Source of the DNA: Psilocybe cubensis
Taxonomy: Eukaryota
Direction: 5' to 3'
Assembly (NCBI GenBank): GCA_017499595.2
Contig: CM039005.1
Coordinates: forward strand, 124,001 to 188,000
Length of the DNA: 64,000 nt
Within the stretch, counting starts at the first letter, position 1; every line of letters starts with the position of its first letter. Below are positions 39,972 through 52,142 of this stretch, piece by piece. The position numbers and the translations under genes were made by a program. The notes under the pieces were generated by a model. That model was given only the letters and a program-made list of their open reading frames with translations, searched no databases and was not told the origin of the DNA.

Positions 39972-41396
39972 TTTGGAGGGATGGAAGAATCAGTACAGTG
40001 TTTACAGGGCAAATAATGTATAATCACTCTTTTATAGCTGTACAGGTAAACCCAGAACACGGTAAATGTGCATAAAATATCTTCTTTGATGTAAGGTTTG
40101 ACTGACCGCTCAGTGCTTACTGGCAGGCCCATAGTCAATCTCTCAGTTTTCTTGGGAGGGTGTATCTACTTATGGCGAGTTCCTGGTGAAAAAATGATGT
40201 CTTTTGTAAGACTTTGTATCATTCATGATACTCCACTCGTCAATATGCCAAAGTAGACTGATACGCAATCTCCCTATGCATACCTGTTGTTGCCATCATT
40301 GTGTCGTCCAAAAACAGACTTGTAAGGTGGGCCGTTGCTACGCACGGCAGATATGAGTCCTTGTGATCAATTCCTTTGGAATTTATAAGACATGTCGTTT
40401 AGGAGGGGCATCATCCAGTATATTATATGATTGTAATAGCTCCATCTAACTTGAAGACAAAGACTGGACTGAAATGAATGAAATCACTAATGTTTAAGTT
40501 GTCCTATTGTAGATAAGCTATATAGGTAAGTAAGCCATGAATGCAAGGGTAATGAACAACTGGTGAATTTCTTAGGTCTACATAAATAAGTAGGCCTTTA
40601 ATGATATAGTCATAAATAACTATTTAGTTGCTGTAGGTAACTAAGTAGGCCATACAATGCTGGAGCAACAAGAAACCTTTGAAAATTCAAACAGCTTTTG
40701 ATCAATGTCGAATGGCAAGATATTTGAAGTTCCGACTTCCTTGCCGAGCCATTGCCGGCTCAAAAAGCGTTTCATTCCCTGCCAAAAGCCTGGATTGACA
40801 GGCTTTTTGACAGCAACTGAAATTTAAACACCGACGTTGAGCTGATCGATCGCCGGCCCATCAAAACAGCGATTCTTGTGCATGTGAACGGCCAAAATCG
40901 CTCATTCAATCGCCGATCAAACCCTGCCGATTGATCGCCGGCTCATTAAGCGTTTCACGATTTTTCGGATATACGTCGAGTTCGATATAAAAACGATTCC
41001 TCCAAGGGAGGACTCGTAACATGTGATCATACCAGGCAGTATTTATAGTAAAGGAATCGATTTTGGGGCCATTTCGCACCTTGAAACGACCTCGATATTC
41101 TGGAGGAGCAGGGAGACCAAAAAATTGGAGTGAAAACCGGAGTTTTGTGGAGTTAAATTGTTCAACACGTTGATGAGCCGTTTCTTGTTCCTGGTTCAGA
41201 AAGATTGGGGAAGGCTCACAGAAGGCCTGGTGCTGCCTGGTTTGCAAGGCTGAAAATTTGCTTTTGTTTCGCTTCAAAGGTCCGAGGATAGCTTGTAATT
41301 TATCCTATCAGTATCATAGAGGTCATGGTTATGAAATGCAGCTCGTCATTTCCATTATCCTACTCTCTTAAGGAGGAAAGATAAGCGAAGCGGGAT

Positions 41397-41424
41397 ATAG
41401 TGAGATAGTGAGATAGTGAGATAG
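41397..41424. repeat. Short tandem repeat (TGAGATAG)3
   Basis: ATAG TGAGATAG TGAGATAG TGAGATAG read directly. Confidence 0.8.
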
Positions 41425-41643
41425 ACAGGTTCTATGATATGATAGGTGAAGTCTCAAGGAGAGCGTGTGCTGCTTTCTACATGAAGTTATGCATCATCCT
41501 TCACTTTCTTTGTTTTAGATCGCAATGATGAAACGGTTTGTAATACAAAGAAAGAATTTTAACCTGCTATTCTACAAAGTCCGACTTGGAACTAATCGTA
41601 CAAAATTACACAATATGGAAGAAACCTGACGCATACTCAAATA

Positions 41644-43007
41644 TCAAACATGACTTATTTTAGAGGGTACATCGTCAATACTCTTCGCTCTCCAAAATTC
41701 GCCTGTTGAGTTCAGTTGTTCTTCATTCTCAATACTGACTGGCGAAATGATGGGTCTTGCATTGCAGAGGTTATCGCTACGTGTACCCCAACTGCACCAC
41801 CGCGTTGGCCCATCAAATTGTAGTCCAGAAATGTGGGAAATTGCGGCCGCCACAGTGGCTGGCCTACTGGATGCGGTCAAAGCTAGTCTGGCAACCAGTA
41901 TTGTCGGCGCCATGCCCTATACATGTCTTAGGACCATACACACATGGGACAACCCTTGAAGGTATTAAGTACCCACCGAACATACAGTGAGAATTGCCCT
42001 GACATAGTAGCTTGCCTGGAGTACAGGGGACCCAGCTGTGTTGAATGACGGAACGACGGCCATGACAGCGTAGACGATGAGCAGAATAGAATAGAGGGCT
42101 GCAGACTCGAGTAGCATCACTATAATATTATTCAGCTTTCTCTCCGACGTGAATCTATGACCCATTTCCTTGACATAGTGGTGGATTCGGTATCCGATCG
42201 CGAACGTCGTGCTGACGGTTGTTGCCAGCGATGCAAAGAGCAACGCGCTCGTGATGCTATGGCAAAGTCGGAATTTTGCGTCACTGCTCATTGAGCTGTT
42301 GATTCCGTCTAAAAGCGTGATAGCGAACGAGAGACCTAGATTACCATTCAATCAGAGAAAATATATGTCGATGATGGACTCGATTACACACCACATTCAA
42401 CTACCAGTAGAAAAGATGGGACAACAATAATCCTCCATGATTTACCCCATACGTGATAACATCTCCAAATCTGAGGTGGTTTTCAGTAAATCTGGAGATA
42501 AAGCATGAAGTTCCCTTGCAGCGTACCAAGAGCACGTCCGATACCACAAATAAGCAATAAAACAGAAAATTGTTGAGAACCCACATCCATCTCTTTCCTC
42601 CAACAATAATCCAGTTAAAAATACTTTCTCTGGTGTCTCCATTTGACACTATGAGAAAATTGAGAAAGTACCATTGAAGTAGGCAGTCTAAAAAGCATAG
42701 GAAGTAAAGCACAGAAATTGCCGATATGACAATGTGGCCCGTTGACTTCAAAGACATTTTGGACACTGTGGAACTCTTAGCATGTAGCATACCAACGAGT
42801 AGGAGAAATCCAGGTTACTGTAAAGGTACATGGTTCCACCGTACACCATCGTGTATATTCCTGAGTTAAAGTTAGCATATCAACAACATCGTAGATCAAA
42901 ACAGAGAGCAGACCCATCAGAATGAAGAATAAAATGACTGAATTGAGGTTCGCACTGATTCTACCATCCTCAACAGTGGCTGAAGACTGGGTACTGGATG
43001 TAGGCAT
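41644..43007 (-). CDS. Orphan 7-TM membrane protein, copy 5
   Basis: MPTSSTQSS..ANLNSVILFFILMG|IYTMVYGGTMYLY|..VSDVLL|IWRCYHVWG..|..LLESAALYS..|GMAPTILVARL. Confidence 0.85.
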
Positions 43008-43839
43008 CCTAATAGAGGTTATGAGGTATTACAAAAGATGCTCTGGTGAAGTAGGCCCTTTATATAAGAAAATATATTGGACTGTTAAGATATATGGTAG
43101 ACCCTGCTTGTTCATGGACCAGTTATCTTATTTTAAACACCACGAAAAGTCATGTGTGACACTTCTGTATGTATGAGAAGGTACCCCAGATATGCCAATA
43201 AGCTGTATAAGGGTACTATTTACAGTCAGCTACAACCATCCGAGTATAATCGATGCCATTGTACAGGTCCAAGGAATGAACTGAGTCCTGAGTCTATCCA
43301 GGCTGCTACCCCCACAGTAATTGCATGACTCAGCATACGTCAAATACACAATTCCAACACGAAGAACGTCACCATGTTCAGCTATACCAGTGTCGTCGCA
43401 CTCGGCCAGGGGGTCTGTGCTTATACGAACTATGTCAACTTGAAATGAATAACACCATGGCAGCCGGTCTGTACAACTCAGCATTGTGCAACGTATACGC
43501 CATGGAGTCTTTAGAAACAACTTTAGGGACATCGTGACCATGTGAGACGGGCAATACGACTGTGATATGATGTTGGGAACTTGTTTAGTGGATAAAAACA
43601 AGCGTGTCAACAAATATAGAGCAAGGATCGCCAACCTTGGGCTAAAATTAAATACGTCCGAGGATCTCTAGTGCGGTAGCCCTCTGCGCTGATTATTTGG
43701 TGATAATCCTGTGGAAAACCTCGAAATCTTTATCCCAAGTTACATTTTGCTATAGTAATCACATAGCTTAATGCAAAAATGTTTAGATAGTCCCTCTTTG
43801 TTATTTCCGACGCGGTGACATGTAAGAGCACCAGAGTGG

Positions 43840-45064
43840 CTAGCCACTACTAGAACTTTCTTCATCCCCACGATCCCCAGTTTTAGAGGTGAATTGCAGA
43901 CCGGAAATATTGCCGATGGTTCCCGACGAAGCCGTAGTACTTCCACCAGTAAGTGCAAGCCTCGCAACCATAACGGTTGGTGCCAGTCCCTACAGGAACT
44001 CATCAACATTGCCTTTTCTCAACCCTGAAGTGGGCTACATACCGCGGAAATTGACAAAACTGCACCAACGTAGTACGTTGCCTGAATCGACGGCAACTGG
44101 AAGTTTTGCAACTGGGGAATTACCCCAGTCATGGCATAAACCAGGAGGACAAGTGAGTAGAAGGAGGACGATTCTACAATTGTTACAACAATGCGCTTAT
44201 AAGCTGCTCTCGAACCGAGGATGTTGTTTTTGGAGGCGCTGTGGATTTTGTACCCGATGAGTGAGGTTGCGCATACCGTAGTCCCAAGTGACACGAAAGC
44301 CAGTGTTGTAGCAATGTTATTGAACATGTACGTATTGGATTCACTGGTCAGTGAAGGTAACATCGCGTCCAGTACGGTTGTTGTTATGGTTAGGGCTGCA
44401 TATTATAATAAATTACAATGTAATATCCATTTATACACGTGGTAGAGACGAAACATACCAATTTCTGCAATCAACAAAAACACAGGAATCGCTATAACCT
44501 TACGAGAGTCACCCCAGACGTGGTAGCATCGCCAAATCTGCGGAATGTTGATGAGCATATCATAACTATTTCAAATCGTCAAGAGGATCATGCCAGAAGT
44601 CCATCGGCCACAATGAGCAAAGAACTGAACAGGAAATTATCCACTGCTTGATACCACACAGGTCCTTGTAGAGAAGACCAAAAGATGGTATCTCTGGTGA
44701 TCCCATAGGTGATGAACGACCAATCTAGGAAGTACCACTCCAAAATTGTGTCGGCCAAAGTAAGTAGGTACAATGTCGATATCATTGCAATAACGACGCG
44801 GCGACTTTTGTTCGAGGATTTCCTGGACCCTGCAGTTGAAATTAGGAAGGGAAAAGCATAAATGCGCGCCAGTTTCTCACAGTAAAGGTACAACGTTCCG
44901 CCATATACAACCGTGTACACCCCTATGTCTGAATCAATATACAGCAAATCTGTGGGTTAATAACACACACCCAGCAATAAATTAACCAGCATTGAGGCGT
45001 TCAGGCTCGCGCTTAGTGTATATCCTTCAACAGTAGATGAAGGGAAACTGTCAGAGCTAGACAT
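43840..45064 (-). CDS. Orphan 7-TM membrane protein, copy 6
   Basis: MSSSDSFPSS..SLNASMLVNLLLG|VYTVVYGGTLYLY|..VADGLL|IWRCYHVWG..|..IVESSSFYS..|GLAPTVMVARL. Confidence 0.85.
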
Positions 45065-46877
45065 GGTGGAAATGTTCAGTATGAGAATGTAAGTGTACAA
45101 CGACTCGAATTAAATATCTGACTCTGAACAGTGGCTGCGCAAGGCACAAGTTCGCATTATGTACAAACTGGTACCCAACAATCAAGAAAATGCCTCGCAT
45201 AACTGTTTCTACGACAAACTGAGACCTCTCCTCGCATGCGATCAGGAATACAGCTGTCCATTCTTAACAAACCACAAAGCCAGTATATTATTACGTTCCA
45301 GAGAGGTGATATGGGTAGCATAAACTAAGTTGCCGCTTGTACATCAGTCTGCCCGATAATCTCAATATACAGTGGCTTCATATGTGTAGTTATATCCTAA
45401 GTTGCGTTATATACACTGAAAACAGATCTCCACACTTCGTTCAAACATTCGAACAAAATTTTCTACTACTCTACAACGCATACTGATCCTACACGTGTTA
45501 AAAACCAGTAACCAGGGCTCTGATAATCGTGGGATGGAGAACAGTTTGAGGCAGACAGTATCCCGTAATGTGATTGCAATGCTACGTGCTTTGCTGACAA
45601 TCTAGGCGCCCAAGGAGTCTGCTTATCATTGCTGGAATATCGAGGTGAATAGGCACCGCTCATGTCCAACCACCCGCCATCAAACGATGTGATACATCTT
45701 ATCTGTGGTTTGCGTTGGCACAGCATCTTTGATGGAAAATTGTATTTGAAACGCCAAATATGGAGCTTCAGGGAGAGCATGTTGCGACAGGCAGAATCTG
45801 AATGCGGTGGATGAATATGTTGAAGATTGTGGGTAGTGCTCCCTGTCGATGAAATCATCAGGAAAGCCGATTCGTATCCAAGGATGATTACGCCATGTAT
45901 AGATGTTCAGCGTGGAGATGGAGATGATTTGACCACTGAACTCTTTGAAATGTAGTCGCTATAATACGACAAAATGTCACGCCGCGACGAAGTTCGGCAT
46001 CGAACAAAGATACAAGAGTCACCAACAAGAAGACGCAAAAAAACATCTTTAAATCACGCCCTGTAGTGTACCGCAACGCGGGATGAGGCCCGTAACAGAA
46101 AACAGAAATCCTGGTAAACCGTAGCAATCACCAGGACGAAAGATTATGGACACCAGCACGATGCGCGATTGACTTTATGTCAGGGCCCAATATTCAGAGC
46201 CAAAGGTCGCTGACTGGGGTGATGTTACGTACTAGAAGAAGGCATGTATCCTAGAAGCTGTGAAGTGGACGACTTTGTTCTCATGAAGGTTCCAATAAAT
46301 GAAGACTATGCGTACCTGACCCACAATCCTCCCGTAGGTTTCATCTACACCTCCTGACTCGCGACGCCGTATTGCATTCCAATCCATACCGTTCAGGCAA
46401 CCCAATATTGTACTGCATCGCACGTATGTTACATCTGAGGATTAATCAGCGAAATGGATTTAGATAAGAGGAACAGAAAACACACAGAGCTGTCAAACAG
46501 GTTCGAGTTGAGTTCGAGTCAATGCTCCCACAGGCTCTTGTGCCGGATCGTTCCAATAGCTATGTTTGGCATCATGTGCACAGCCAAATACTTGCCATTC
46601 GGACTTTAAAATAACATCTGATGATCAATGACAAGGGGATCGAGTCCGGGGCAGAGCATTTCTAGGAATTAGTGTGCACTGGCCATATTTCGATAGGTCA
46701 CAGAAAATATTCATAAAAATTGTACAGTAGTCTACATGTGCGAACATTAAACAATAGTTCCGTCCACTTGTAGGCTTTGTTGCTAGTATCTAAACTGTCA
46801 ATTGGGGCGTTCACATAGGGCGGATGGACCAATGATAATATTGAGTGGGTGCGTATATTAGCGGTAATTAACCATGG

Positions 46878-48775
46878 TCATGAATCGTCTACCCCTGACT
46901 TCATCTTACTGGGGTTTGCAATAGCAAGAAATGCCACTAAAATTGTCGGGGATGCCCCCTAATTGATTTTGGTCAGAGCAATTCATGCAGATAGGTCAAT
47001 ACTCACTGCAACGATTGGAAGAATTCTGGCAAAGTAATATGTTACTTGGAGATACCCAGTTGAATTTAAGTCATTAAATGCGGGTACGACGGATGTAAAT
47101 CCATTAAATAGGATAAGAGATGAGTAAGCTGAAGACGACTCAATAAATAGAAGAATTATGCGTTTATAAACTCTTCCCGAGAAAGTATCAACTTTTCGCG
47201 TGATGCAATGTATCTTGTAGCCGATGAGAAATGTTGTCAAAGTTGTGGCACTGAGTGATGTAAATGTAAAGGCGCCATTGACATTATTTATCGAGGCTTC
47301 TTTGGTTACTGTTCTTGAAGCCAGCGCAGTTTCGGTGATTACAAGGACTGTTGAATTGAGTTCATTAGGGATGTGGTGCAGAGAGTGCGAAACATAGTAC
47401 CAATTTCTGCTCCAATAAACACCAAGGGCATACAAATTATGCTAATCCTTTGGCCCCATATATGATAGCACCTCCACACCTGTTAAATGCACGTTAACCA
47501 TAAAATTACAACAAAAGTATATGCACCAACCAGCAGTCCATCAGCTACAATTATCAGTAAATCATTCACAAATTGTAAAAAAAGACTGGTTCTTTTGGTG
47601 GGTCTGATCAAGGAAAAAAACAATGATACTCTGTTTTGTCCTTGGTATACAGTGGAGGAATTAGCCAGGTACCACACTGTCGCGACCGAGCACAAACAGA
47701 GTAGGTATAACAAGGATACCGTTGGTATGATATATCGACGACTAGCCTTTGTGGGTTTACTTGTTACTGAAGAATTGTCATCCTGTTTTGCTTTCAAAAC
47801 TTGTGGGAAAGAGAAAGCGTACAATACAGGTAAACAGCCACTGAAAACACCACCGTATATGCACCTGTTTGACGTTTGTGGGAAGTTCTACCATTTGAAC
47901 ATATGAAAGATCACCTAATAGAAATCCTGAAAGCATTGTAGAATATGACACGATTTTCCGTTGAAAATGCGAAGTGGCTGTCATCTGGGTTTGGTCAGTA
48001 CCAAAATAGCAAGTCCAGAACCTTAGTACGTACATTAGTGTTAGGTTTCGTAATGTGCTACTTAGTTCTTAGTGCATACACCCTGAGTCGAACAACACAC
48101 TTTGGTGTGGTCGTACTTACTACTGGGGCCTTGGTCTGTACTAACGTATGGAATAGTTTTCGTAATAGCAATACAGTACCATAGGGCTGACATCAACATA
48201 AACCAAGGCCAATTATCTTTTATACAACCCTCATGATTATTTCCCAGATTCCCTGATATTTTCTCATTTCCAATCTGTCTCGTCTTCTTTGGCTTCATAA
48301 TGGAAAATGTAATTGTACCGGAAACATCCACGGCAGGATGGATTTCCCAGCATTATGCTTTGCCGTGCATAGGCCGATAGAAAGTCAGAAGAATGGCAGA
48401 TTTTTTGGAATAAATAAAAGCTTAATTATCTACTGAAACGGCTGCCGTAGGTATGCAAACATTCAGAGGGACCCTCCCTATATCATTACCTACCTGTAAG
48501 CCGTAGGTTTTTATCAAAACCACGACCTGACCACGACCTGACCACGACACAAGTTTAGATTTACCACGGTCTGTGCTAAATTTAACTAAATACCAGGTAC
48601 CTGGATGTTCACACATTCAAAAAGTAAGTACTGCAGTATAATGAAAGGCCGGAATCTAGTCAGTACAATGCTACTTCTAAATGTTCGCTTTTTCAACGGA
48701 AAATCGTGTCATAGTAGAATTTATGTCAGCGGAGATGACAGCGATTTGTGAGTCTGGATGTATGGTAACGTTCAT
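46878..48775 (-). pseudogene. Orphan 7-TM protein copy 7 (close paralog of copy 2), exon 1 interrupted by a MITE
   Basis: Removing 47944-48713 and one TSD restores MNVTIHPDSQIAVISADINSTMLSGFLLG (cf. copy 2). Downstream exons appear intact (VADGLL, VWRCYHIWG, FIESSSAYS, GASPTILV). Confidence 0.8.
47944..48713. mobile_element. 770-bp MITE / non-autonomous TIR element
   Basis: 30-bp TIRs TATGACACGATTTTCCGTTGAAAA(T/A)GCGAA with one mismatch. 6-bp TSD GTAGAA at 47938-47943 and 48714-48719. Confidence 0.9.
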
Positions 48776-49036
48776 TTTGACAAGTAAATACCACCCAGTT
48801 TGCAGAGCTCTTCTCTTATAACGTACTAAAACGCTGTTAGAAATGATGTGTATCGTAGTCGCATCGTTGTCACCATGGTGAAAAGATAGATATGATGTGG
48901 AATCGCATCACCAGTAAGCAGTTAAGTGATGGAACACTTTCCCACGAGGGCGTCAGACAAATATGAACTGGATCAAAGCCGTTGGAAGATGGCGTTACCA
49001 ACTATCAGAATGAATTATATACCAGAAATAATACAC

Positions 49037-50311
49037 CTATATGGAATCTATATTCCTAGAGTCAACTGAAAGTCTCCACCGACCAATTTCAGTGGATACG
49101 CCTGAGAAACCGGCGCTTAATTCCGTAAATTGAGGATTCGCCGTTTGCGATTTGAGCTGGCTTGGATCTGACACCGTCAATCGTGCGACCAATATTGTGG
49201 GGAACAGACCCTATTTTGCACTCATAAAGCTGCTCACATTGGTAAAGTGTATAGAACCACCTACCGCAACAATTGGGAGTATTGAGCTGACATAAAACGA
49301 GGCCTGAATGATACGTTCGTCCCCTTGGCCGTGACAACACCCTTGTATAGTCGGAATGACAGAGTAAACAATCAAAATCATCGAATAAGGCGCTGAAGAG
49401 TCTGCAAATATTCGTATAATCCGCATCAACAACGTCCTGCTGCCCTGCAGCTCTACTTGTGTCACACGGTAGAGCTTGTATCCGATGAGGAATGTTGTCA
49501 GAAATGTAGTCGCTAACGATCCGAATGTCAAGGCGTTGACGATCATGTTGAATCGGTCAATTTTGGTTGAGATAGAAGCTTGGTCCATGGAAGAATTCTG
49601 AACAAATGGTGCCAGCGATGTAGCAGCAATGAAAAGAGCTTTATATATCAATATTAATTATTGGAACAGTTGAGTTTGATTTGACGCAATTTTATGCTCA
49701 CAGATTTCAGATACCCATAACACCAATGGAACAGATATTATCCTAAATAATCGGTTCCAAATCCAGTAGCATCTCCAAATCTAGACAATGTTCAGTAGGG
49801 ACGCTCTTACAAAACGAACCGATACTGACAAGTAATCCATCAGATAAAACGACGGCAAAGTAAGTAAAAAATGTATTTAGAGCCTCTACAAGCGGAGGGA
49901 CCGCGATTGTTGAGTAATATGTTGATTTCCTGGTAGTTCCGTGGGTGATAATGTCCCAATTAAGGAAATACCACAGGATAAGTGTATTACATAGGCAAAG
50001 GAAGTAAAGCGATGATGGTAATAAAATATTAGGGACCCAGTTTGTCCAATGATTTGAGGTCCTTTTTGTCACTAGAGGTGAGATTTCAGTATTTCTTATG
50101 AATGGAGGAAAAGGTGGAACTTTACATTGGATGTACATTGTACCAATGTAGATAGACGTGTATATACCTATCCGTTCAAGTAAGTGACTTTATTTGCCAA
50201 TTTCGCTACGGGAATTATACCTAAGAAGATGCTAGATAGCATTGAAGAATTAAAATTCGCACCAACGGTGCTTCGTTGGATACTTGCAGGCGGTAGTTCT
50301 AGGGAAGACAT
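49037..50311 (-). CDS. Orphan 7-TM membrane protein, copy 8
   Basis: MSSLELPPAS..ANFNSSMLSSIFLG|..LSDGLL|IWRCYWIW..|..IFADSSAPYS..|GLFPTILVARL. Confidence 0.8.
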
Positions 50312-50838
50312 TTGAAGCTAGCACATCATTCATCTTGCTTTTTATCAGTCTGTTATAAAATTACAAGTACTAATTCTGCTAATAACATCGCAGGGAGATG
50401 GATTCCGCTGTGAAGAAGGAAGAGTGCTATAATTAAAATGTATAAATAGCCTCACTGAATAGCCCCAACACGACATCTTTTCTTAAGATACTATGGGAAT
50501 CATGGGTTTCATCCTATTCAACTTGAAACACCTTGCATGCAGGGTGTATCCAGATTCTCGAATGCAGAAAGCGGACTGTGAAAGCTTCCTTAGGTATATG
50601 TCTAATATAATAAGGCCTCTGTTTTAATGTTGCTTTCAAAACGACGCAACCCGCTCACATTGAAGAAGAATTGCCCTTCTATGTTACAGTGGATAAGGAA
50701 CCCGACATTGTAGGCAAAAGTAGTGGCGAAGGTCATCAGCTGTGATTATCACCAAGATCAAATGCAGAAGCAAAGAAGACACAGACAGTATTGATTGAAC
50801 TAGTGGTCAAGCGAACAGAAGGAATACATAAACGCATT

Positions 50839-52142
50839 CTAGAGTTGTTCTTCGTTGTCTGTTGGAATCTCAAGGCCGTGTAAATGTTGATTGAGTGACA
50901 TTGCCTCGATCTGCTCTCCATCACCAACCTGCAGACATTCTTCTCCTCTATTCCCTCTTTCCGATATGGAATCAGTCCCAGATATATGGGTTATCAGATC
51001 AGATGATTCAGCGACTTCTCGAGGTGGAAGTGCCAGTCTAGCGACCATAGCTGTAGGTGCCATTCCCTGATCACGTCTGTCAGCACCTCTCCCCCCAAGA
51101 GTAAATGTGATGAAACGAACCGCGACAATGAATAGCAGTGTTGCAATGTAGTACACCACCTCGAGCGTAGGCGACATAACATCAGAAAATACAGGAATTG
51201 ATAGCGTGAGGGCATATACAAGGAGACCCAGTGTATAGATGGAGGATGATTCGATAATTGCTATTACAATGCGGCGTTTGCGCTTTTTGAACTTTTATCT
51301 GCTGTCTCAGATGTGTATATTCTATACGCAATCAAGGATGTTGCAGCGACAGTGGTACCTAGGGATAAGAACCCTCCTGCGGTTTGAATGTTGTTGGTTA
51401 ACAGTGCTTTGGTTTCAGTAGTGTACTCTGAGATAATGCCATCGAGAACGATGTCAGTAAGAGCTAGCGCTACAATTGTTCTCACTTCAGGTATCTTCAA
51501 TGACAAATGGATGGGATAGAGTAACCCACCAATTTCGGCAGAAAAAAGTAAACATGGAGTTGCTACTATCCTCCAGGATTGACCCCAAACATGATAACAC
51601 CTCCAGATCTGTACTATGCCTAATTAGTCGTGTTCGTTGTAAGGTAATACATGTACTGACGAGCAGTCCATCTGAGACGACAAGAACAAGGTCGAACATA
51701 ACATTATCGATTAGATACACCCATACTGGAATGTCGAGTGTTGCCTGAAATGTCGTGGCTCGAGTATCTCCATTCTGGACAAGGGGCCAACTTAGCCAGT
51801 ACCACTCGACAGCGAAGTCTATAAAGCAGAACAAGTATATAAACGATATTGACACCAGAACGACGCAATGATTAGTGCTTGAAGATAACTGCTTCTTAGT
51901 TGCTAAGACAAAAGTTTGTAACCTGATGCCTGTCAATGATACATGCTTATACGTACTGTATAGATACATTGTTCCTCCATAAACCATTGTGTATATTCCT
52001 GGAAGTAAATCAATCGTCAACGAATGTCCATCAAACGAGCAGGCTTACCAATCAGAAAGCTGAAAAGCATCATCGAGTTCAGATTTGCACTGACCGTGTA
52101 GTTTATCGCGTTCACCGGGATCGATGCATTGATTGCGGCCAT
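50839..52142 (-). CDS. Orphan 7-TM membrane protein, copy 9 (frameshift in exon 5; pseudogene or assembly error)
   Basis: MAAINASIP..ANLNSMMLFSFLIG|..VSDGLL|IWRCYHVWG..; the frame breaks at the 5-nt homopolymer 51284-51288, before RRIVIAIIESSSIY..|GMAPTAMVARL. Confidence 0.75.

Noticed and set aside
6775-52142. Classical B mating-type locus (Ste3 receptors + CaaX pheromones)
   Set aside because: The 7-TM proteins lack motifs I associate with Ste3, and no convincing CaaX precursor was noticed. Very short ORFs were not exhaustively scanned.
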